A DNA stretch of 64,000 nucleotides, from contig CAVZML010000006.1 of the NCBI GenBank assembly GCA_963776395.1, forward strand, positions 5,312-69,311. Direction: 5' to 3'. The notes beneath the pieces were generated by a model. The model ran no database searches. It saw only the letters and a program-made list of their open reading frames with translations, and was not told the origin of the DNA. The stretch is from an uncultured Chloroflexia bacterium (lineage in GTDB: Bacteria; Chloroflexota; Limnocylindria; Limnocylindrales; CSP1-4). This document shows positions 10,444 through 21,503 of the stretch, piece after piece. The position numbers and the translations under genes are program-made. Every line of letters begins with the position of its first letter. The first letter of the stretch is position 1.

Positions 10444-11684
10444 CTAACGGTGCAACTCCGCCGTCTCCACTTTGTCCGAATTGCTTTCAATCTGTCGAAT
10501 GTATAAGCCCAATCCGAGCAAAACAACAAGAATAATTCCCACGGACAGGCCCAGACCTCTGCGGCGACGGTCGCGCTCGGCCAGCGCTGCTTGGCCCTCG
10601 GCTTGCGTCTTAGCGGCGATCTTGAGACCTGTGTGGATATCTTGTTCGACGAGTTCGGTTTGAAAGCTATGGATGGTGACGCGAGCCTTGGTCAGAGAAT
10701 CTCGGGCCTGATCCTGCTCCGTTCGAGCCTCGCTGACTTCCATACCTGAGGATTCAGCGACACTCAACATGCGGTCTGCCGCTTTGACGGCATCATCCAA
10801 TTGGGTCAAATCCTGCAGCATTTTCGCCCGGGCCTGATCGCACACGTCACCCGGTCTATGGCAGCGCATGCAGACGGCCTCAGGGCCCGTACCGAGTTTT
10901 GCGTCCGTGGGAAGGCTTACGTCATGATTGCTGTGGCAGACAACACATCCCGGAAGCCCGGCGGATTGAAATGCCGCTTTGTGCGTGCTCTTGTCATACA
11001 TCTGCGCCTGAAAAACATGGCAGTTCGCGCAGACATTCTTTACGGAGTCGATGCCTGGCGGAGTGGCGCCATGATTTCCATGGCAAGTCGAGCACGTTGG
11101 TGCGCTCAGATCCCCCCGAACGGTCATCGCCTCGTAGTGCACGCTGCTTTTGTACTTCGCATACTGGTCCGTGGGGATGCCATATCCGTTGCATGTAATT
11201 AGCGTCGGAGTGGCACCGGGAACAAGTCTGTGCCACGTTCAACGGGCTAATCTTAGAGCGCGAGTCGCCCGCCGGCGCGCAGGTCGTGTACACCGTGGCA
11301 GTCGATGCAAACCGCAACTTTCGTATCTCCTTGCAACAGCCGCTTGCCGTGCACGCTGGTTTTATACTGGGCTAACTGGTCGGTACGCAACGATGGGTTG
11401 TATTTGCGCATGAACGCGCCGTCGGAGTGGCAATGGCCGCAGAGCTCCGGAATCTGGTTGCGCTGAATCTTGCCGCGAAAACCGGCAGCCTTACTCATGG
11501 CGTCCATGTCTGCTTTGGTGGGGTCGCCGCCGTGACAACTGGCGCAGGTCAGCCCTTTTTGAGCATGAATGTCTTGAGAGAACTGGGCTTGCGTTACCTG
11601 CAGCGGAGGATCCAAGGCGGCATGGCAATCCAGGCATGTGCTAGGCGACTTGGGCGTGGGCCGCGCCGGCACAAGCGCAGGCAA
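10444..11684 (-). CDS. Multihaem (nine CxxCH) cytochrome c with C-terminal membrane anchor, frameshifted
   Basis: Haem motifs CLDCH, CASCH, CGHCH, CIDCH (ORF 11253-11684); CSRCH (10994-11317); CSTCH, CANCH, CVVCH, CMRCH (10444-11142). C-terminal TM helix GLSVGIILVVLLGLGLYI. The gene is split over three frames, and a signal-peptide-like segment lies upstream in another frame. Confidence 0.75.
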
Positions 11685-11719
11685 CCGTTAACAACAAGAT
11701 GAGCGATCGGGAAAGACAG

Positions 11720-12807
11720 TTATTTAGCCATGTATCCATAGATTGTCATCGCGATGATATAGCTCAGAGCAAATATTCCTGCGCCGAGAACGAGTCTTCG
11801 TCCGCGCCTGGTTCCAGCTTGATCGAAGAACGGCAAGAGCAGCCAGACAATTCCTGCCACGCCAAACACCAAAATGCCCAGGACGTCTCCGTCGGCAAAC
11901 CACACCTTTGCGGGAATTTTCTTGAGCGTCTGGAACATGAACATGAAATACCATTCCGGCCGGATGCCGGCCGGCGCAGGGGGCAAACGGATCCGCCTTG
12001 GCTCCGAGTTCCCAGGGAAGAATCGCCCCCAGCGCTCCGAGAACTCCCAAAGCGATGTACCAGGCCATCAATTCGCGCAAAAAGAAGTTTGGGAAAAACT
12101 TTATCTGCCGTGCTTCACTTGGCGCGGCTTTCCAGCGTGCCTCCACACCGGGTGGAACGCTCATGCCAAAATATTGGACCAATGCGATGTGAGTGAGCAG
12201 CAGGAGTGTAGTCAATCCGGGCAAAAGTGCGACGTGAAAACCAAAGAAGCGAGTGAGCGTGGCGCCCGTTACGTCTTCACCGCCGCGAAGAAAACCTTCA
12301 GGGCGTGGCCGATGAATGGGTACTTGGCCGGTGATTTCCGTTCCGACCTTGGTGGCGAAAAATGCCAATGTATTCCAGGGAAGCAGGTATCCGCTGAAAC
12401 CGAAACCCATGGCCAGAAACAGCAATAACATGCCGGTGATCCATGTCAGCTCCCGTGGCTTGCGGTAAGCCCCCAGGAACAACACGCTGAACATGTGGCA
12501 GAAGGCAGTAAAGATCATCAGGTTGGCGGCCCAGGAATGGATGGAACGCACCAACCAACCGAACTGCACTCGGGTCATAATGTACTGGACGCTCTCGAAA
12601 GCCTCGGTGGCACTGGGCCGATAATAAAGTAGCAGGAGAATGCCCGTGCAAACTTGGATCCCAAAGAGAAAAAGCGTGATACCGCCGAGGAAATACCAGT
12701 AAGACAAATCGTGGGTGGGGACGGTCTTTCTTGCGTAGAGGAGCGGTGAGATCGGCCCAGTCAAATCGTTCATCGATCCAGTTGCGCAGGGCGGCAAACA
12801 AGGTCAT
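11720..12807 (-). CDS. Cytochrome b (b6 plus subunit-IV-like regions fused), frameshifted
   Basis: The N-terminus ([17 protein letters not shown]) is in the frame of ORF 12298-13056. The core ([43 protein letters not shown]) is in ORF 11724-12797. The subunit-IV-like end ([15 protein letters not shown]) is in ORF 11720-11986. Confidence 0.85.
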
Positions 12808-13285
12808 GCCTCCCGCTTCAGCTGAAACTACCACATCGTCTCCGCGCAAGTGGACCTCATATACATCAAGTGGCCGGGGCGGCGGACCCGAGACGTTGCG
12901 GCCATTGAGATCGTAGAGGCCGTTGTGGCAAGCGCACCAGATCTCTTGCAGGTCGCCGCGGTATTGCACGATGCAACCCAGATGCGTGCACGTGGCGGAA
13001 AGCGCGCGATAACTCCCGTCGCTGTTTCTATATGAGCAGGCCCGGACGGCTGCCAAAGCGAAAAATCTTGGCCGAGTTTGGCTTTAGTTCGGCGATCTTG
13101 CCGGCGATGACCTGATCGCCGCCGAGTTCCGCTACAGGCGGGGGAACAAGGTATCGAAGCACGGGATAAATGAAAGACGCGAAGGAACCGAGCAGTCCGC
13201 CGCCAAGAAGGATTTCGATCATTCGCCGGCGCGCCGGTTTGGGCTGGGGATTTCCGTCAGCGGCCATGGGCTGAACTCCAGGCAA
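12804..13285 (-). CDS. Rieske [2Fe-2S] subunit, frameshifted
   Basis: N-terminal [15 protein letters not shown] (Tat-like motif plus TM helix) is in ORF 13028-13285. The cluster-binding motifs CTHLGC and CACHNG are in ORF 12298-13056. The gene runs in frame into cytochrome b, although an ATGA overlap (12804-12807) exists in the +1 frame. Confidence 0.8.
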
Positions 13286-13346
13286 CAGAGTCTGCGGAGG
13301 TCCTGACGGTCCACGTTGCCATTTTCATCGAACACTCACCCAAAAT

Positions 13347-13818
13347 TTATGCGGAATGCTTTTCCACCGTGCGTTGCATTTCGCGCAGCCACATCGCCTG
13401 GAACAGTTGCAGGCGATGGCCAATGACCACTGCCAAGTTCAAAGTGATTTTGTAGCCCACGGTGGGGTTCGCGGCAAAATGCTTGCGCAACTCCTCCCGG
13501 GGCAGGGCGATGACTTCCGTTTCGAGCGGGGCTGTGGCGGCAAGAGTGAACTTGTGGGGCGGAATCAGGGCTGACCAGCCCACCGTCTGACCTGAGGTCC
13601 GCTCTTCAACGACCACATCTTCTTGCCTCCCTCGGACCTGCATCGGCAGCGTGAGCCTGATTCGTCCGCGCTCAACCAGAAAGAGGCGCTCAGCCGGGTC
13701 TCCCAGCTGGAACAAGGAAGCCCCGCTGGGCACCGTGATTCTGGTACCAAGGGCAAGAATCCGTTGAACTTCCTCTGGCGTGAGATCTCTTCAGCAGTTC
13801 CGGTTGTTCGTTGGCCAT
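13347..13818 (-). CDS. Cyclic-nucleotide-binding domain protein (no obvious HTH), one frameshift near the 5' end
   Basis: cNMP-binding signature (PSGASLFQLGDPAERLFLVERGRIRL....GQTVGWSAL). The start (MANEQPELLK, ATG at 13818) is in a different frame from the body (ORF 13347-13733). Confidence 0.65.
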
Positions 13819-14257
13819 GAGGCAAGTCTCAGTTTACGAATGCCGAGGTCGTCTTGCTGTGCAACTGGGCGTGCGAGGGGGACTCGAGGAATGATTCTGC
13901 AGCAGCCTGCTCCAACCGGACATGGTTTTCAATCTGCGACAGCAGGACTTCTATGGGCACATGGGGTCGCGGAGCAGCGATGGCAGGACTTGGTCGAGTA
14001 AAGAACCGGCCTGGAGCCACCGCTTTGACAGGCCGAAGCTCAGGTTGAGCAGGTGAAGATGACGATCCTGGACGCGTCGCCGCTCCAAATGCGACGCCGC
14101 GACAGCCAGAGTAAACATACTCATGCACAATGCCATCAAGAGCATTTCCATGGTCGAGCACCTCCCTGAAGCCTTTCATAGGCACGTTCCATACCAGCTT
14201 CCTTAGTCCTAACTCCTTTAATTTCAGATGAGGAGGGCTTGTGACCGACAGACCGAG

Positions 14258-14296
14258 CTGACAAATATGTCAGGACGTGCCTGACAATTTCGTCAG
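14258..14296. promoter_or_regulatory. Two adjacent palindromes in a divergent intergenic region (candidate operator)
   Basis: CTGACAAATATGTCAG (14258-14273) and CTGACAATTTCGTCAG (14281-14296) start 23 bp apart, immediately upstream of the sensor kinase gene. Confidence 0.35.
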
Positions 14297-14353
14297 TCAT
14301 TGACGCGACCGGTCGCCCTGTGCCATGCTCCGTTCAATTCGGTACTCCACACC

Positions 14354-16236
14354 ATGAAACTGCGTTCCGCCAGCATGACGGTTGTCCTCGCCCTCGGAAT
14401 TACCTTAGTTGTGGTCGTTGCCTGCGCGGCTGCCTCTTACATTTATTCCGTTCACCACTTCCAGAGCCTCTTGGAAACCGCGCGCAGCACAGCACTCGCC
14501 GAAGGCGACCTGATCCGCGTTGCGCTCGAGCACCAGATGATCGAAAACGACCGTACCCTAATTGGGCGTATGATCGAAAGTTTCGGGAAACAGGCACGCG
14601 TTGAACAAATCATTCTGTTGGACCGCAACGGCATGGAACGGTATTCGAGTAAGCCTGGAACGGTTGGGAACAATTTCCGGATCGATTCTCCCACATGCCA
14701 GGCCTGCCATCGAGATCCGCCGGAACGCAGGGACACAAGCCGCGTCATCGAGACGCGAGGTGGCGACGATACTCAGAACCGTGGTGCCGATTCGAAACCG
14801 CGAAGAGTGCCACAAGTGCCACGATCCGCAGCAAAAGATTAACGGCATCCTCATTCTCGATTACAACGCTGGAGAGGTCCGCGCCGCGATGACGCGGGAT
14901 CTGCGCTGGATGGTGGCCGGCACCGGTGCGTTGACCTTCGTAGTCGCCGGTACCATCTTGCTCCTCATCCGGTTTTCCGTGCTGCGCCGTCTGAACCAGT
15001 TTGAGACCACCGCGCGCTTGATTTCCCAGGGCGACCTGCAACGCCGCGTTCCGGCGGAAGGTTCGGACACATTGGCCTGGTTGGGCCGGGAGTTCAACGC
15101 CATGGCTGATTCCGTGGTTGGTTTGGTGGGTGAAGTTCGCACGCAGCGGGAACGCCTGGAGACCGTCATCAACAGCATCGATGACGGAATCGTCGTCCTT
15201 GACCCGGAACGAAGAATCCTGGCGGCGAACGATGCCTTTCTGCAGCGCACAGGGAGCAACCGTGATCAGGTGCTGGGCTGCAGTTGTCTGGAAGTCGGCT
15301 CCGGCCCTTGCAACGTGGTCGATTGTCCCGCGCTTGCTTGTTTGCAGTCCGGTGCGCGCCAGGTGCGCATTTGCGAACGCAGAACCAGCAAGGGCACCCC
15401 GGCATGGGAAGAGATTCACGCTTCTCCAATTCTCGACGCCTCAGGCCGCCTGACCCAAGTTGTGGAGGTCTGGCGCGACATTTCGGAGCGCCGTGCGGCC
15501 GAGGCAAACCTTGCGGAGTCGCATCGCTTGGCCTCGCTGGGAGTGCTGGCTTCCGGGTTTTCGCACGAGTTGAACACGCCGCTCGGAACGGTCCTGATGT
15601 GTGTCGAGGGAATCCTCCGCGAAACTCCCGCAGGAGAGAATCGGAATGCGGACGTAGACCCGGCCAGGATTCGGGACAGCGCCAACATCGCCCGCGAACA
15701 GATCTTGCGCTGCCGTGGCATCACCCAGAATTTCTTGAGATTGTCGCGGGGTCAGCGGGCCCCCGGGAACATCGTGGACATTGGATGTGGCAATCGCAGC
15801 GGTACAGCAGGCTGATCGATCCCACCGCGTCCGCCCACTCGGTGAGCGTCGAGGTGCATCCGTTTCCGGCGGGCTTGCGCGTCCGCGCAGACGAAGCAGA
15901 ACTACAAAACCTCTTGGTCAATCTGATCCTCAATGCCATTCAAGCCTCAAGGCCGGGAAACAAAGTTGTCGTCGAGGCGACCGAGAGGCGATACCGTTTG
16001 CATGCGTGTCTCCGACGAGGGGTGCGGGATTGCCCCGGAATACCGGGAGAAGATTTTTGAGCCCTTTTTCAGCCTCCGCTCAGGTGGCACCGGGCTGGGT
16101 CTTTTCCTGTCGTTGAACGCCGTGCGCAGCTGGGGCGGTGACATTCCTGTGGAGAGTACTCTGGGAAATGGGTCTACCTTCGAGGTCGTGCTCCCGGCAA
16201 TCCAACAGGGCATGCAGCAGCAAGGGGAGACAATGA
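14354..16236 (+). CDS. Sensor histidine kinase with CxxCH-containing periplasmic domain, HAMP, PAS, HisKA and HATPase (about 3 frameshifts)
   Basis: TM helix (MTVVLALGITLVVVVACAAA), CQACH and CHKCH motifs before the second TM helix, HAMP (ISQGDLQRRVP), PAS (DDGIVVLDPERRILAANDAF), H-box (SGFSHELNTPL), N/G boxes (LILNAIQAS, DEGCGI, GGTGLGL). Pieces lie in ORFs 14300-14842, 14601-15815, 15284-16060 and 15933-16415. Confidence 0.8.
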
Positions 16237-17597
16237 AGCCGGCTTCCGTCCTCCTCGTTGATGACGATGCAGTATTTCGCCAAGTGATGGCGAATGAGCT
16301 GACTCGTCTCGGCTATCAAATTGATGCAGTGGGAACAGGTGAGGAGGCCGTCCAGTCGAGTTGCCACCTCAGAACCCGAAGTCGTCCTGCTCGACCTGCG
16401 CCTGCCCGGCAATGAACGGCCTGGACGTGCTGAAGGCCATCCACGCCAGCGCGCCGGCAACCGAGGTCATCATGTTGACCGGCCACGGTTCCATCGATAC
16501 GGCAATCGAATCGATCCGTATCGGTGCGTTCGATTACGTCGTGAAGCCTTGCCCGCTCGATGAACTTCATATTCGGATTCAGAGAGCAATTGAGCGGCGA
16601 TCGCTGCAGCAGAGGGCGAATCTTCTCGAGCGCGGTTTGACCCCGCCCGATCTCGGAAGTTCGTTCATCGGCGAAAGCCCGGAATTCCGCGGCTTGCTCA
16701 AACTGATCGAGCTGGTGGCCCCCAGCGATGGCACCGTGCTCATCACCGGAGAGACCGGCGCGGGGAAAGAACGCGTCGCCAAGCTGATTCACGCGCGCAG
16801 CCCTCGCCGATTCCGGCCGTTCGTAGTGGTGGAGTGTGCCACCTTGCAGGAGAGCTTGCTCGAGAGCGAACTGTTCGGCCACGAACGCGGCGCGTTCACC
16901 GGTGCCGATCGCGGCAAGCCAGGATTATTCGAAGTCGCGCAATCGAGGAACGATTTTCCTCGACGAGATCGGCGAGGTCAGCCCTGCGACCCAGACCAAG
17001 TTGTTGCGCGTCCTGGACACCTCCACTTTCCGGCACGTCGGTGGGACAGGCGAAATTCGTGTTGATGTTCGGGTTTTGACTGCGACCAACCGCGATCTCT
17101 ACGCTATGGTCCGGCAGGGCCTTCTCCGTGAAGATCTGTTCTATCGCCTCAGCACCATTACCGTGGAAGTTCCTCCACTGCGGGCCAGAGGCGCTGACGT
17201 GGAACTGCTGGCGCAACACTTTGTGAATACGCTCAACGAGCGGTTCACCTCCAGCAAACAGATCAGCGAGGAAGCTTTGCAGCTACTGCGTCGCCACAAC
17301 TGGCCGGGAAACGTGCGCGAACTTCTCCACGTAGTCGAAGCGGCCATGGTGTTATGCGAGGGAAACAGCGTTCTTCCGGAGCACCTCCCCGCTCCCTTTC
17401 GTAGTTCGCGCGCCGGCCCAGGGGCGAATGCTTTATTGAACGGTGGTTCGCTCCCGACTCTAGAACAAGCGGAGCGAGAACATATCCGGCTGGCGCTCGA
17501 AGCCAGCAAGGGCCACCGTGGAAATGCGGCCAAAATCCTTGGTATCAGTGAGCGGAATCTTTACCGGAAACTTCACGAGCACCGTCTGCTGGACTGA
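16233..17597 (+). CDS. Sigma-54-dependent (NtrC-family) response regulator, about 2 frameshifts
   Basis: REC domain (VLLVDDD...[12 protein letters not shown]-like), AAA+ domain ([14 protein letters not shown], walker B FLDEIGE, R-finger region) and Fis-type HTH ([18 protein letters not shown]). Spread over ORFs 15933-16415, 16361-17065 and 16836-17597. Confidence 0.85.
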
Positions 17598-17838
17598 ACC
17601 GGCCTGCCCGGCTATGCTCAATCTGAACTGGACAAGGTAGCACTACGCTTAAATCAACTCTCGCGAAAGAGCTTAGGTTTTGAGACACTTGCGAGTGAAC
17701 TTCGAGCTAATGTTGCGTCGATCGACCAATTAAGCTCGCCAGCTAATCAAGTTTTTACTGGGACCTACTTGATTACACCACGCGCAATCAAGCCACTTAC
17801 AGGTGAAGAATTACAGGTGAAGTTTTTTGAGTTCTTTC

Positions 17839-19186
17839 GGCTCTGAGCGAGAATCTGTAGAGGCCCAATAAGAGAGCGGGTTTCCGTGAGGGGGCTGTTC
17901 GGCTAGACTCGGGGGAATGCGCGACAACGAATTCACGAGAATCCTAGATTGGCCGGGTTACCGAGTTTTTCGACACGAAATCGATGAAACAGCCAAGACG
18001 CTGCGGTTATGGGTGCGGCGGAAACGGGGCAACCGCAAACTGATCTGTTCGGGATGTGGAAGGAAGTTTACCGAAGCCCATGATTATTACCAGCGCGAGG
18101 TGCGCGACTTGCCGTGGAGGAAGTATCAGACCACGGTGATCATCGAACTATACCGGGTGTGCTGTCCCGAGTGTGGGGTAAGGATCGAGAAGGTTCCGCA
18201 ACTGCCGGGCAAAGCGCCGTTCAGCAAAGACTTTGAGGATGCCGTGGGGCTGGCGTGCGAAAGCGCATCGGTACGCCAGGTGGCCCGACAGTTCGGACTG
18301 GTTGCCAGCACGGTGCGAGCGATCGACCTGCGGTATCTGCAGCGATGGAGTGCCACGCGGCGCAAGGAGCGGTTGGAACAGATGGGCGTGGATGAGATTT
18401 ACTTTGGCAAGCAGATGAAATTCATCACCGTGGTCAGCAACTTGGAGACCGGCGAGCCCTTGTGGTTTGGACAGGATCGCAAACAGGAAACACTCGATGA
18501 GTTTTTCCGAACGCAATTGAGGGCCACACAGCGGAAACGAATTGAGGCGGCTTGCGTGGATATGTGGCGGCCGTTCACCAACAGCATTAAACAATGGGCC
18601 CCGAATTGCCGCATCGTCTACGACAAGTTCCACGTCCTGCAGCACGCCAACAAAGCCATCGATGAAGTGCGCCGGGCGGAGTTCTTCCGCAAAGGCGGGC
18701 GCATGCGCGGTGTCGTGAAAGGCAAGCGCTGGCTGCTGCTGACTCGCTGGATGAATCTGGACAGCCAAAAACGGCAGCAGTTAAACCAGCTATTCGCCCT
18801 CAATCGGCAGGGTGATGAAAGCCTACCTTCTAAAGGAAAGTCTGGAACGGTTGTGGACCTACCGCTATGAAGGGGCCATGCTGAACTATTTGAAGAACTG
18901 GATTGATCAACTGCGGTGGCAACGGTTGGTACCGTTTCAAAACCTCGCGAAAATGCTGCTGGATCACCTCGACGGCATCCTCAACTATTGCCGCACGAAA
19001 GTACCCTTCGGAGTGGTGGAAGCCATCAACGGCAACATCAAAACCCTTTTTAGAAGGGGTCGTGGCTACAAGAATCTTGGTTATCTGCTGCTCAAGGCTC
19101 AGCGCATGGCGGTCACCAAGACCGAATTCATCGTTCTACAGAAAGCCGCCTAAAATGCGCGTCTCTACGAATTCTCGTGCAGAGCC
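17839..19186 (+). mobile_element. ISL3-family insertion sequence with 8-bp target-site duplication
   Basis: The terminal inverted repeats GGCTCTGAGCGAGAATCTGTAGAG (left) and CTCTACGAATTCTCGTGCAGAGCC (right) are imperfect reverse complements. The flanking direct repeat GTTCTTTC occurs at 17831-17838 and 19187-19194. A transposase gene lies inside. Confidence 0.85.
17917..19153 (+). CDS. ISL3-family transposase (single frameshift near 18805-18812)
   Basis: N-terminal zinc-finger region (CSGCG...CCPECG) and the DDE domain are in ORF 17917-18870. The C-terminal part (MKAYLLKESLERLW...) is in ORF 18812-19153. Joining them needs a 1-nt correction. Confidence 0.85.
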
Positions 19187-19211
19187 GTTCTTTCTAAGTG
19201 ATTGAAAACGA

Positions 19212-19256
19212 TGGTAGGCCCGTGGGGACTCGAACCCCAGACCTCTACCGTGTCAA
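19212..19256 (-). repeat. tRNA-Val 3'-half copy no. 4
   Basis: 45 nt identical by eye to 22868-22912. Confidence 0.9.
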
Positions 19257-19393
19257 CCTATCACGGAGCCAAAAGAGAACAACTTAGCCCGTATCGAACG
19301 CCGTCTTTCCAATTGTTTTAGTGTCGATACAGATAAGAATCACAGTTAGGAAATGCAGGTGGCTTGCATTCATAGGTTCTTAAGACGTCTGGC

Positions 19394-20449
19394 TCAAACG
19401 CTTTTGCTACCCGTTGGTATCAGCACGATCTTACCGATCACGCCTCCGCTTCCCAATAATTCGTGTGCGTGCCGCGCTTGGCAGAGAGGCAATCGTTGTG
19501 CGATCAGCGGCTTGATCTTCTTCTGCTGCAGTAGGTCGAACAGTGTGAGCAAGTCGCGGCGGAACCACGCGGGTTTCAGCCGCATCAGCCACTGGATACT
19601 GTAAGGCACCATGCTCTTGCGGCCCGGCAGAAACCAGTTCCGGATGATGTACCACCCCAAGATCGCGGATTCGCGAGTCGGGTGCCGCCCGCTCGGCGCG
19701 CCCGAAGCCATCCTTCCTCCGTGCAGCTTGGCCTGGAATCCGTAGACCACCACGCGGCCGTTTTCGCGGAGCGCTTCGCGTGAGCGCCATAGATTGTCCC
19801 CACCGATGCCGTCGAAAACAGCATCCACACCGTCACCGGTGAGGCGGCGGATTTCCTGGACGAAGTCAGAATTGCGGTAGTCGATGGGGGTAGCGCCAAG
19901 CTCCCTAACTACCTCCGCCGCCTGCGCCGAACACGTTCCGTACATTTCCACGCCGGCGAGCCGCCCCAGTTGCAGGAGCGCAGTGCCGACGCCGCCTGAG
20001 GCTCCGTGAATCAGCACGCGCTGCCCCGGCTTTACGTTCGCCGAACGATCCAGCATCTGGTATGCCGTGATGTAGTTTAAGACGACCGCGACGGCTTCTG
20101 CAGGGTCCAAACCTGCGGGCACTGGAATGAACTTGCGTTGCGGCAAGCAAACATATTGTGCGTAACAGCCGCTGATCGGCATGGCCGCAACCGTCTGGCC
20201 CAGTTCGAAACCGGAGACGCCTTGGCCGATCTGATCCACAATGCCGACCAGGTCCCAACCGGGCGTATAGGGCACGCGCGGTGTTTCCGGATGGACGCCC
20301 TCGCGCGCCAGTACGTCAGGCAAGCTCACGCCCGCGGCCAGCACCTTCACCCGGACCTCGCCAGGCATTGGCACAGGGCATTCTTGTTCGGCGACAGTGA
20401 TCACCTCCGGTCCGTTGTAGTGCGTGACGACGATCTTCGTCTGCCGCAT
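19394..20449 (-). CDS. MDR-superfamily zinc-type/quinone oxidoreductase, copy B
   Basis: 351-aa intact ORF, paralogue of 6213-7256. Confidence 0.85.
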   Translation of the reverse strand: MRQTKIVVTHYNGPEVITVAEQECPVPMPGEVRVKVLAAGVSLPDVLAREGVHPETPRVPYTPGWDLVGIVDQIGQGVSGFELGQTVAAMPISGCYAQYVCLPQRKFIPVPAGLDPAEAVAVVLNYITAYQMLDRSANVKPGQRVLIHGASGGVGTALLQLGRLAGVEMYGTCSAQAAEVVRELGATPIDYRNSDFVQEIRRLTGDGVDAVFDGIGGDNLWRSREALRENGRVVVYGFQAKLHGGRMASGAPSGRHPTRESAILGWYIIRNWFLPGRKSMVPYSIQWLMRLKPAWFRRDLLTLFDLLQQKKIKPLIAQRLPLCQARHAHELLGSGGVIGKIVLIPTGSKSV

Positions 20450-20820
20450 AAGCCACTTGTCGGCATACTATGCTGGGCGCTCGATCTTGTCGACCAGAAC
20501 TCTTTCTTACACTGACCCGAATAAAACCGGAACTGATCGACCTACGCATCGGAACACGCTGGCAACGAGGATGTGAAACAGCTCGCCGTCATATCCCCTG
20601 CGATAATGGGCCCCGCGTACTTCCGCGAGGCCGCCGAAGTAATCAACGCTGCCGCCGGCGGCCCGCCCGATCACGCCAAAATGATGGACGTCTTCCGCCG
20701 TCATGGCATGACGCTGGCCGTGCCCCCGCCTGTTAAGTAGAGACGTTTGTAAGCCCGGTGTAGAATCCGGACGGTCTTGGTTCTTAAATCGGAAATGTCG
20801 GTTCATTCAGGAGGATAGTC

Positions 20821-21249
20821 GTGACAGCAGATGAGCAAGTCATCCAAGGAATCCTGCAACAAATCGAAAGCGCGTGGAATCGTTACGATAGCGTCAGCCT
20901 TGCAGCGATGTTTGCCGAGGATGCCAACTTCATCCAAATCTTTGGGGGACAGTTGGACGGGCGGGCTGCCATAGAGGCGTCGCACCGGCACATTTTCGAG
21001 ACGATCTACAGGGGCAGCCATGCCAGTTTCGTACTACGGAGCATCCGCTTTCTGCGCCCCGATGTCGCAGTGGTATTCGCCCGAGCGCACGTGAAGTTCA
21101 AGGAAGGCAACGAAGCGCGCGAAATAGAAACCCGCCCAACGTTGATCGTCGTAAAGGAGCAGGACAAGTGGCAAATCGTCGCGTTCCAAAACACCAAGAT
21201 CTCCGAGGTGCCAGCCGCAGCCCAAGCCGCAGCCCGTCTTGCAACTTAG
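20821..21249 (+). CDS. SnoaL-like / SgcJ-EcaC family protein, copy B
   Basis: 142 aa, with 3 aa differences from 7627-8055. Confidence 0.7.
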   Translation: MTADEQVIQGILQQIESAWNRYDSVSLAAMFAEDANFIQIFGGQLDGRAAIEASHRHIFETIYRGSHASFVLRSIRFLRPDVAVVFARAHVKFKEGNEAREIETRPTLIVVKEQDKWQIVAFQNTKISEVPAAAQAAARLAT

Positions 21250-21503
21250 TGGTGAAACCTCGGCCCGCCCTCAACCAGCAGCAGGGACGATCTTGCGAAA
21301 TGCCGATGGCGAAAAGACCGTGCCTTGGGTTCCTTGGGAGGTCCCATGGGACGTCTCTCATCTCCACAGCCTCAACCTACGACCACCCATAGCAAAGAGA
21401 ACAACTGAGGCCGTATCGAACATCCGTGCTACCTGTGTCATACCATGCAGGTTGTCCAGTATAACCGTCATCTGGCGGGCGGCGATGGGCAAGTTGGGAT
21501 TAG

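Noticed and set aside
13286-13346. Sigma-54 promoter upstream of the Rieske gene
   Set aside because: The only match is a TGGCAA-like element with no properly spaced TTGC. That is not enough to call a promoter.
13829-14185. 118-aa ORF, and the overlapping 66-aa ORF with a hydrophobic N-terminus
   Set aside because: It may be a small frameshifted membrane protein. However, there is no family signal and the frames conflict, so it was left uncalled.
14745-15419. 224-aa minus-strand ORF inside the kinase gene
   Set aside because: It is antisense to the HAMP/PAS region of the sensor kinase and has no recognisable features.
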